64,000 nucleotides of DNA from Octopus sinensis (Eukaryota). The stretch is from NCBI RefSeq assembly GCF_006345805.1, contig NC_043017.1:4464001-4528000 (forward strand). The letters are read 5' to 3'. The notes below the pieces were generated by a model. That model made no database searches and was not told where the DNA came from. It saw nothing but the letters and a program-made list of their open reading frames with translations. A program made the translations under genes and the position numbers. Shown in pieces: positions 35,321-45,088 of the stretch. How positions within the stretch are numbered: position 1 is the first letter of the stretch; the number at the start of each line of letters is the position of its first letter.

Positions 35321-35462
35321 CATATATATTCTAATTATTTCTGAGCAATATTCTCCATTCGTTTGGTTGATGAACTTGAAAGTCTAACTATTGCAGGTGT
35401 TCTTTCATGAATTGAAAATCCTAAAATGGATGTAACTGCTTCCGATGGTCCAATATACCTTC

Positions 35463-35682
35463 CCTATATACCTATTTCTTTATTGCCCACAAGGGGCTAA
35501 ACACAGAGGAGACAAACAAGGATAGCCAGACGGATTAAGTCGATCACATCGACCCCAGTGCGTAACTGGTACTTAGTTTATCGGCCCCAAAAGGATGAAA
35601 GGTAAAGTCGACCTTGGTGGAATTTGAACTCATACGAAATACCGCTAAGCATTTCGCCTGGCATGCTAACGTTTCTGCCTTC
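35463..35682 (-). mobile_element. SINE family B
   Basis: Reverse complement of the 26020 and 50270 copies. Confidence 0.8.
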
Positions 35683-35977
35683 CTACCCTATATACCTTTC
35701 AGTGTGTACCTGATGATGTACTTAATTGACCTCACTGAGGCAATGATTAAAAGGTACAACCCATTTGTTGTTTGTTTTTCCATTCTTATGAGATGCAATC
35801 GAAAATCCCTCCACCCCCACTAACAGATCTAAATAACTAAAAGAAAAAATCTATAGTCATAAGGTAAATTTTAATACTATCATGTTCTTAACAATCAAAT
35901 CTACCCTCTTTATAATGTTGGCAAACGAAATGGAAATAAGTAGATGTATTGTCCGTTTGATGGAAGACTTCTATAAA

Positions 35978-36061
35978 TGGCTGAAGATTGCTCAACATTT
36001 TAAAACTGATGTAATACTTACAATGTTTAATAAAATGAAGTAGCATGAAACGATTGTACCA
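35978..36061 (+). ncRNA. Candidate minimal type-I hammerhead ribozyme (variant stem II closure)
   Basis: UGG-CUGAAGA-U-UGCU..CAUUUUA...UAAAAUG..AGCA-U-GAAA-CGAUUG-UA-CCA. Core intact, GUA triplet, but U.U at the stem II closing position. Confidence 0.5.
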
Positions 36062-36105
36062 AATTACCGAATATATACTTGTTGCTATCTCTTCTTGAGA
36101 TTTTA

Positions 36106-36109
<4 letters not shown>

Positions 36110-36136
<27 letters not shown>
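36110..36136. repeat. (TA)n microsatellite
   Basis: Pure TA run left of the palindromic element. Confidence 0.95.
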
Positions 36137-36345
36137 TATGTGAAATAGAAAGATGAATAATCTTGTTGTAGATTAATCAAAAGTTAACCGATACCTTAGT
36201 AGCAAAATCACAGCAGTAAACAGCACGGTTGGAGGTACAACCATCTGGCGTTGCAACCGTGCGTTGGTGCGGATAATTGAAATTAAAACATTATTGGTGA
36301 ATTGAAGAAATGGAGCTGAATGCAGATTGAACAGAAATCGTTTTA

Positions 36346-36435
36346 TTTCATTCTACACGTGTTTCGAAAGGCACAAATTACCAAAATCCGATTGAATAAT
36401 GGGACCATATTGTGTCTTTCTCTTCAGGAAGAAAA
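36346..36435 (-). ncRNA. Minimal type-I hammerhead ribozyme (left arm copy)
   Basis: Exact reverse complement of 37690-37779. Confidence 0.8.
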
Positions 36436-37689
36436 AAGGAAATCCGTTAGAGAAACAAAAACAGAACAGAGGCGGAGCAAAAACCAAATCGAACTATGCT
36501 CCTAAGAGCCCATGGCGAAACTGTTTATCAGTGTATGCTGAGAACCGGTGGCTGAAGAATTCTACAGGTCAGGCATCGGTCAATCATGTGGGTGAGGGTG
36601 TATAGATGTTCTTAGTGACCGAGAATAAAGTTCTGACTATTTAAGGAATATTGGATGTTTTATAAGGGGCGAGAAAAAATCTACTTAGAGACGTGTGTGT
36701 GTGTATACTGTTCTATATATGTGTGTGTTGGCGTAGGGGTAGAAAACACTTTTTGTGTACGTGTGTGCGTTTGATCGTTCGGCTGTCAGTGGCTACTGCC
36801 GTGATAACCGTTGGGTGGCAGAAAGAAAAAAATATATATATATTATGTTTTATGTGTGTGTGTGTTCATCTAAGCCTGCCTTGTCAAGGAAACCCCCCGC
36901 TGTGAAAAAACCAAGCCCCGTTTGTCTTACAGGAGTAATTCCCCTTGCAGTGGATAATCGTAGATTTCTTAAAGGCTATTTCAGAGTTTGTTACCAAGGG
37001 CTATGGGTGCCGGTATTATTTATAAACGCTATTTAAAAGCCAGATAAGTGTAACGCCGCCAATGACTTTTCGATGCCCCCATTGGCGGCGTTACACTTAT
37101 CTGGCTTTTAAATAGCACCCATAGCCCTTGGTAACAAACTCTGAAATAGCCTTTAAGAAATCTACGATTATCCACTGCAAGGGGAATTACTCCTGTAAGA
37201 CAAACGGGGCTTGGTTTTTTCACAGCGGGGGGTTTCCTTGACAAGGCAGGCTTAGATGAACACACACACACATAAAACATAATATATATATATTTTTTTC
37301 TTTCTGCCACCCAACGGTTATCACGGCAGTAGCCACTGACAGCCGAACGATCAAACGCACACACGTACACAAAAAGTGTTTTCTACCCCTACGCCAACAC
37401 ACACATATATAGAACAGTATACACACACACACGTCTCTAAGTAGATTTTTTCTCGCCCCTTATAAAACATCCAATATTCCTTAAATAGTCAGAACTTTAT
37501 TCTCGGTCACTAAGAACATCTATACACCCTCACCCACATGATTGACCGATGCCTGACCTGTAGAATTCTTCAGCCACCGGTTCTCAGCATACACTGATAA
37601 ACAGTTTCGCCATGGGCTCTTAGGAGCATAGTTCGATTTGGTTTTTGCTCCGCCTCTGTTCTGTTTTTGTTTCTCTAACGGATTTCCTT

Positions 37690-37779
37690 TTTTCTTCCTG
37701 AAGAGAAAGACACAATATGGTCCCATTATTCAATCGGATTTTGGTAATTTGTGCCTTTCGAAACACGTGTAGAATGAAA
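37690..37779 (+). ncRNA. Minimal type-I hammerhead ribozyme (right arm copy)
   Basis: UUUU-C-UUC-CUGAAGA(37698-37704)-GAAAG-A-CACAA..UUGUG-C-CUUUC-GAAA(37760-63)-CACGUG-UA-GAA-U-GAAA. Canonical G10.1-C11.1, palindromic stem III ACACGUGU, predicted cut after A37771, AATAAA at 37778-37783. Confidence 0.82.
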
Positions 37780-37832
37780 TAAAACGATTTCTGTTCAATC
37801 TGCGTTCAGCTCCATTTCTTCAATTCACCAAT

Positions 37833-37840
<8 letters not shown>

Positions 37841-37862
<22 letters not shown>
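37841..37862. repeat. (TA)n microsatellite
   Basis: TA run abutting the right arm. Confidence 0.95.
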
Positions 37863-37863
<1 letters not shown>

Positions 37864-38280
37864 AATAAAAGAATTAAAGGTAATGCTAGGCTACTTTGTA
37901 ATAATCCTTATTATTTATATATATATTAGTGAAATTGAACATTAAAAATAACAAATAAAAAACAACAAAAGGACATACACATGGAATGTATTGACTGACA
38001 CTCACTAAAGGTGGCAAAAAGAGTAGATTTTTAATGGTTTGAGCATAGCTCTTTGTCAGAAAAAGGAGAAAGGAAAGGTTCAGAGAAGGGAAAAGAAGTC
38101 CAATACACACACATGACTTTTCTAAAAGAATGCTTCCATAAAAATATAAATTATTTCAACAATGTAGATATCATCATCATCATCATCATCATTTAGCATC
38201 TCTTTTTCCATGCTATATGACTGTTGGGGTGTCAACACACTGCTGTGTAGTCATTCCTTTGTAGATAAAGTAATGGTCAT

Positions 38281-38560
38281 ATGAAGTGTTTTATTCGTAG
38301 AATGGATTTTGGCATTAATATAGGTACACTGCAACATAATTTCTTTTCCTCAACAGGCCCTTCCCTGTTTAACATTGTCCCAAAAGAGATCAAAGAGGAA
38401 AAGGATCACATCAACTTTAAACGGAGTCTGGATAGATTTCTTCAAGGAATACCGGATAAGCCACCCATAATTGGATACAACTCACCCAACAAGAACTCAC
38501 TACTTGAATGGACCATAAACAAAACTTGACTTAAACAGGATTTAGATAATCCTATCAGGT
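38281..38560 (+). mobile_element. LINE C-terminal fragment (CR1/L2 group)
   Basis: GPSLFNIVPKEIK...FKRSLDRFLQGIPDKP...NSLLEW motif. Confidence 0.7.
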
Positions 38561-38741
38561 GGTGCTATTAAGTTAGACATGGCCTGGACCAATCTTTGGT
38601 CGAAACATTTCTCAGTTATCTCATATGGTTACTCTTCCATGTGTATAGTTAGGCCAGACTTTTTAGAGATTGTTTTACTAAAGATATCAATACTATATAT
38701 TTTCTCTTGAGCAAGTGTTTTTGTAAAGAGTGATGTTAACA

Positions 38742-39560
38742 TTACAAAGAAGGATTTACCACAGATATCACAGAGATGGAGTTTCTCTCCTGGTGAATAC
38801 GTTTGTGAGTGGTTAATTTACTTTTAGTAGAGAATGATTTGCCACATACATCACAGTGGTATGGTCGTTCTCCCGTGTGGACGTGTCTGTGGTTAGTTAA
38901 GGTAATTATCTGAGAGAATGATGTACCACAAACATCACAGTGATATGGTTTCTCTCCTGTATGAATGCGTTTGTGAGTTGTTAGTTCACTTCTTTGAGAG
39001 AACGCTTTACCACAGATGTTACAAAGATATGGCTTTTCTCCTGTATGAATACGTTTATGAGTAATTAAGTTACTCCTTGCAGAAAATGATTTGCCACAGA
39101 TATCACACTGATATGGCTTCTCTCCTGTATGAATACGTTTGTGAGTAGTTAAATCACCACTTTGAGGAAATGATTTACCACAGATGTCACAGTGATATGG
39201 TTTATCTCCTGTATGAGTACGTTTGTGTTTAGTTAAGACACCATTTTGAGAGAATGATTTACCGCAAATATCACAGTGATATGGTTTTTCCCCTGTATGA
39301 GTCAGTTTGTGTTTAGTCAAGAAACTTCCTACAGAGAATGATTTACCGCAGATCTCACAGTGATAAGGTTTTTCCCCTGTATGAGTCCGTTTGTGTTTAG
39401 TTAAGTCACCACTTCCAATGAATGATTTGCCACAGACCTCACAGTAGAATGGTTTCTCTCCTGTGTGAATGCGTCTGTGAGTTGTGAGATTACCTTTCTG
39501 AGAGAATGACCTTTTACAGATGTCACAATGGTATGATCTTTTTCCTATTTCTCTTGGCAT
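38742..39560 (-). CDS. C2H2 zinc-finger protein, 9 fingers (ZNF gene 3)
   Basis: 272-aa ORF with 9 canonical fingers starting at the internal ATG (MPREIG); frameshifted remnant of a tenth finger at the end. Confidence 0.9.
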   Translation of the reverse strand: MPREIGKRSYHCDICKRSFSQKGNLTTHRRIHTGEKPFYCEVCGKSFIGSGDLTKHKRTHTGEKPYHCEICGKSFSVGSFLTKHKLTHTGEKPYHCDICGKSFSQNGVLTKHKRTHTGDKPYHCDICGKSFPQSGDLTTHKRIHTGEKPYQCDICGKSFSARSNLITHKRIHTGEKPYLCNICGKAFSQRSELTTHKRIHTGEKPYHCDVCGTSFSQIITLTNHRHVHTGERPYHCDVCGKSFSTKSKLTTHKRIHQERNSISVISVVNPSL

Positions 39561-40199
39561 CTGATCCAGAAAATCAATCCTTTTAGACTGTGTTTTACAT
39601 TTAACTATAATCTCACATATTTAATTTTACATACTTTTTTCTTCTTTCACAAAATATACATACATGTATATTACTAATAATATATATTTTATTAGCAAGA
39701 ACTTTATCTGTTACTATATTTCCATCAATTATTATCTTTATCGGATGCTGCAAACTCTTCTATAAATTTCTTCAAGTTAAATTAAAATGCAAAATCATTT
39801 TGGATTCATTCCAAACAGTAAAACAGAAAGATGTTAAGGGATGCAATCAAAGGAAATATTTCAGAGTATTTTACTATAGATGATTTGTGTCAACTGGGCT
39901 ACATCTGTTCTGTAGAACATTTTGCTTTAGTTTAAAAAGATGATAAACATTATTGATGCATCTGAAGTAAAAATTCTTTGGTGTCAGCATCATCTGATAT
40001 TCTGCAATGACAAAGAAACAACGTAAGATATAGAAAATGCTTAAAAAGTAGAAATTCAGCATTGGAAATTTTACAATGTTCCTATATTACTAAACGGTAG
40101 ATCTCAGGCTTTAGTTGAACAACTAAACTTTTTTTTTTTTTTCAATTTGTTATAAAATTTATATTAGACAAACCTTATGAAATCTACTTATTTACAGAA

Positions 40200-40930
40200 T
40201 GTCCCTCTTTTGGATGCAGTCTAGGATGTGGGAGCAATACACCATTGTGGGCCTCGTTTGTGCTTTTGTGGGGTGTCAGCAATTTATTGGGAGGTGAAAT
40301 ATTTTCTAGCTCCGAAGAGAAATAGCAGTCTTTGGGATACGGTCTTAGCTATGTTGAAAATGTACTGTCATCGTGAAAGATCCTCAGTGACAGAAAGGTC
40401 CAACAGTCGGAATGACTATGAGGGCTCTAACTGGGAGTCATTCATGTTTAGGGGTTTGCATGGTTTGATACTGTTTTATTGATGGGAGAAATGCTTAAGG
40501 TTCTTTACTGCTAAAATCGACAAGATTGGCATGGCTCCACTGTAGGATGATCTTAAAGGCATGTGGTGTCTAAGTTGTACATGGATGGTGCATGGTTGCA
40601 GAAGATTAGGGGGGAATGAAGGGTGGTATTATTTAATGGGAATTGTCAGATACGGCTGCAATTAAGTCATTAATGTATAGGGGGATGAGACTGGGGGAGA
40701 AAACTGAATCTTGAGGCACTGTAGGACCGAGTTCTGTCAATATATGCCATGAGAATGGAAACTAATAGGAAGCTATTGATTCAAAAGATGAAAGATGCAC
40801 CCCATGGGTGGAAAGTTTTAATAGGAGATTCAGTAGCCAGACATAACTAATAGCTAATATCTAGGGTAACAACATTGCTTTTGTTGAACTTCTGTAAGGT
40901 GGAAGCCGACTTCTGAGTGATATAAGAGAG
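40200..40930 (-). mobile_element. Decayed LINE reverse-transcriptase fragment
   Basis: Minus strand gives VPQDSVFSP followed by YINDL in a shifted frame (GVPQGSVLSP...YINDL motif). Confidence 0.6.
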
Positions 40931-41529
40931 CAGGTTTCCAGTGTGTCTGGTTGTGCAGAAGCTATAGTGGTGGACACCGAGGAGAGAGATTCAAAATTAC
41001 TGGAGAAGATCATTGTTGGATTATTCGCCCCCCCCCACTTTTTTTTTTTTAAAAGTGATTTTGTGTTTCAATTTTCTTTTTTGTTAACTGCAAGAATCCC
41101 CAAAATAAAGATTTATGGGGAGCATGCAGGTGGGGTGGACAGATTATGAAAACAGTAGAATTATAAGTTTCTTCTTTACACAATGGTAATTTTTACTTGT
41201 TTGAAACAAGAAAAGAAAAAACGAAGAAAAATTCTCCCAAAATAAAAATTTGTGGATTGTTTTGTAACAAAATGCTTTAAAGTTTTTGAATTTCAGGTGT
41301 TTGAATAAAAAAGTTTTAAAAATAACGAATACATACAAATAGACGAAATAGACGTGACCGGCCAAAGGAAATGTGGCGGAGAACAATAACGAAAGATCTT
41401 AAGAGCAGAGGGTTAACAATGGAACGAGCTGTGAAGAACGCGTTCAGTGTTAGACGGTGGAATGATCTTGTTGTCGCCTCAAGTGCCACAAGGAACAATG
41501 AGAAAGAAATGAATGGACAAACTTCTGTG

Positions 41530-41714
41530 TATTCGTTCTTCACTCATTTATTAATTGTTCTTCACTTCCATCCTCCGAGAATGGACTGGTGGAGCAGGAG
41601 GATACACGTGGATGGACAGGGTCGCTGAAGCGGTCACAGAGGTGTGATGAAAGACTTCCAGACAATGGACATAAGATGGAATAAGAACAATAATAAACGA
41701 GTGAAGAACGAATA
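41530..41714. mobile_element. Small element with ~40-bp inverted termini
   Basis: tattcgttcttcactcatttattaattgttcttcacttccatc vs gatggaataagaacaataataaacgagtgaagaacgaata. Confidence 0.65.
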
Positions 41715-42719
41715 TATAGCGCGTGTGTTTATTTGGCAAGAAAACAAAAAATGACCGTCCCGAAATATAACGATATCGATTTCAGATCAGGAATCTAGCA
41801 AAACAAATCCATAAATATAAAGATAAAATAGAGCTTTTCCAAAATTCCAGAAATAAGGCAAAGATCTAAGTAATTTTACTGTTTGTGCATAACAATCTTA
41901 ACCTTTAAAAGTTATTTCAATAACTCGTTTCAATTTTTTTTATATATATATTTATATATAAATGTTAAAAGAAACAGAAGTGACGAAATCTCTTAACATT
42001 TGTTGAAGATTTTTGTTATTAAAAATATGAAAGTCTGAAAAAGCGAAATTGTTGGTTGTGAAACGAAAAACGAATCTATTGATTCTGTTGCGAAACTGGA
42101 CTCACATGCATAACAGTGCTTTTTTTGTGACTGAATAATGTTGATCTTTAATACTTACAGAAATGTTTTCTGAAGTACTTTGATACGTTTTTGTTTGTGT
42201 CTGGAAGATGACAAAAATTATTCCATCAAAAACTTCAAGATGGATTCAAAACGGAAACGGAAAACGCGCTTGTTGAACATGCGTATTTATAATGGCATAT
42301 GTAAGGGAAAATAACTTTCATTACATCCCCTATTCTTTCGATGAATTATCGTCTGCAGTTTATTGTATTTTGTTATTTGACTAAGTAAACCATCTGTTAC
42401 TGCAGAACCCGTTATTATTTTAAGATATTCGAATTGGTACATGGTTTTTAAAAGGTAGAACGTAGGGTTCATCGTGAGATATATTCAAATTTTAGTTGAG
42501 TGTGAATTTGGGAAAGAAAAATCTGTTTACTATGTTTTCTTTGTCTGACGTCTGAGACTTTGTACCGTGACCACCTCCATCCGGTGGTTATTGCACCTAT
42601 TTATTTTCTATACTTTGCATTGTATGCTTGTATTCTAAATACAAAATTATGCCCCACCACCACTCGTCGAGTAGAGAATGATTATTGAGCAAATAGCAAT
42701 AAATCGGAGCAAAGTGACG

Positions 42720-43230
42720 AAGCCAACACTCAACATGGGTTAGGAAACGTTCAAGGAAACCATCCGGAGATCTAGTTCAAACAATATCAGATTTTCCCGT
42801 AATGGACCGCTTTTGGTCGGCTGTCAGAAGACGTGGCGCTCACCGAAGAGATACCTTCGTCATGCCATGTTCATTGTGCAGAATATTCTCAACTCTCTCA
42901 CGGGGATATGCTAATAACATTGGCATTTGATTTATAGTTAATCGCCTGTCATCCGTCACCGTGGTGAACACGATCAATGTTTTCCTCGATGGTGGCTGTT
43001 GCAGGACATCCAGTCCTTGTGTCGTCTTCAAAACTCACCCTTCTCCTAAATTCAGATGCCCACGTTTTCATGTTGATAAATCTGGTGCATCATCTGATAT
43101 AGCAACCATGTCAGCATGAACGACCTAGGGGCCTAAACCCCTTTTCTGCAGGTACTTGATGTGATCATGATGCCAAATGTCGATTTTCAAGAGTTACTTT
43201 TGAAGTCTTCCTTTAAATAGTCAGATGTCA
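42720..43230 (-). mobile_element. Mariner transposase 5' half remnant
   Basis: VTDDRRLTINQ...ERVENILHNEHGMTKVS; homologous to 14820-15370. Confidence 0.8.
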
Positions 43231-43871
43231 GTTTATCTGGAGAAATTAATAGAGGAGGCTGTTTTTCCTCTAATGGAGCCTCCTGAGTATATAAAAGAGG
43301 GAGGTGTAGAAAAAGTTGAGGAGGAGGTAACCCCCTCGAAAGGAAAAGAAAGAAAGGTAAGCAACAATGGCTGCACACCGATGGATTCTGAGGTGGCAGG
43401 AGGGATCTACGGACAAGCCAGAGGAACCTCACCCTCCTAATATGAAAAAGGACAAAAAATGAAAAGAAAAACGGGGCATGCTTTTATGGTTACAACCCAT
43501 TATTCTAAACATATGTCCTGGCATTCACCATTTTTTTCACTAAACATTCTTCCTCCCATTTCTTTTTATATTCTTGACAAAGGAAAAACCATTTAAAAAG
43601 TTAAATTCTCTTCTGTTTCTTTTTGACTTTGTACTCTTACTTGATGTTACATTTTTTCTTCTTCATGATTCTACTTGAATATTCTATTATCATACTGACA
43701 AGTTGCCAGGAAAGCATTTGATATAACACTGATGTACATAACTCTCAAATAGATTATCCACTTTGTATTTACATTAAGTTTAAAGATATATCAACATTTG
43801 CAATTTGATAGTCAGTTTAACCAACAAGCCATGAAGAACTCCTGCTATAAATAAAAAAAATATATATATAC

Positions 43872-44243
43872 AAGGAGAGGCTGTGTGGTAAGTAGCTTGC
43901 TTCCCAACCACATGGTTCAGGGTTCAGTCCCACTGAGTGGCACCTTGGGCAAGTGTCTTCTGCTATAGCCCCAGGCCAACAAAGCCTTGTGAGTGGATCT
44001 GGTAGACGGAAACTGAATGAAGCCCATCGTATGGATATGTGTGTTTGTGTGTCTGTGTTTGTCCCCTCAACATCAATTAACGACCAATGTTGATGTGTTT
44101 ATGTCCCCGTAACTTAGCGGTTTGGCAAAAGAGACCAATAGATAAGTACTAGGCTTACAAAGAATAAGTCCTGGGGGTCGATTTGCTCGACTAAAGGCGG
44201 TGCTCCAGCATGGCCGCAGTCATATGACTGAAACAAGTAATAG
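43872..44243 (+). mobile_element. tRNA-derived SINE family A
   Basis: Aligns with 4118-4510. Confidence 0.85.
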
Positions 44244-44601
44244 AGTAACCCTTACCAACAACAGAATTATTTCCCTTCATGCAATACATTCAATAAACCC
44301 CACACAATATACACTAAATAATGCAGAGAAGCTCAGGGATATTTGTGAAATATGGGTCCAACTTTGAGATAATGAAATTTCTTCTTTTATTTATATTTCC
44401 AAAAAAATAACTGTACAATGATATGCTTAATTTATGACAATAATACATTTCTCAGTTATTTACCCATAACACCAAATAGATATCTTTTTTTACTTTCTGG
44501 AAATATATAATGTTTAACATATATATATATATGTAATATATGCGTGTGTTCTAAAAGTGTACTTTTATTAAAAAATATCACAGTCATGTGTCATAAAATC
44601 A

Positions 44602-44641
<40 letters not shown>

Positions 44642-44827
44642 CTGTGGTTGCACAAATTATAAGCATTGGTTATGCTTGTTATCATGTTATATCTTCTTTG
44701 CTATATAGAACACACTAATTGTATTCACAGAAAGAATTTTGACATAGACACAATTACTCTGCTTTATGAATGCAGACATATATAAACAAGTAACATTTCT
44801 CAGAAAGATTAACCACAAATATCATTG

Positions 44828-45085
44828 ATCATCATCATCGTTTAACGTCCGATTTCCATGCTAGCATGGGTGGATGGTTCGACCGGGGTCTGGGAAGCCA
44901 GGAGGCTGCACCAGGCCCAGTCTGATCTGGCAGTATTTCTACAGCTGAATGCCCTTACTAATGCCAACCACTCCATGAGTGTGGTGGGTGCTTTTTACGT
45001 GCCACCAGCACAGGCCAGGCGAGGATGGCAACAGTCACGTTTGGTTGGTGCTTTTTACGTGCCACTGGCACGGAGGCCAGTCGAG
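44828..45085 (-). mobile_element. Retroposon family C directly after the ZNF gene 4 stop codon
   Basis: Family body on the minus strand begins 3-4 nt past TAA at 45091-45089; (gat)n tail at about 44830. Confidence 0.85.
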
Positions 45086-45088
45086 TAG

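Larger units (their letters stand above)
36137..37841. mobile_element. Young Penelope-like (non-autonomous) element with inverted duplicated structure
   Basis: Arms 36284-37064 and 37080-37841 around a 15-nt loop, a hammerhead in each arm, both ends in (TA)n, and a 147-bp extra tail on the left. No intact RT or endonuclease ORF. Confidence 0.7.

Noticed and set aside
36399-37726. Duplicated 68-113-aa ORFs on both strands
   Set aside because: Mirror images created by the palindrome, with no recognisable protein motif.
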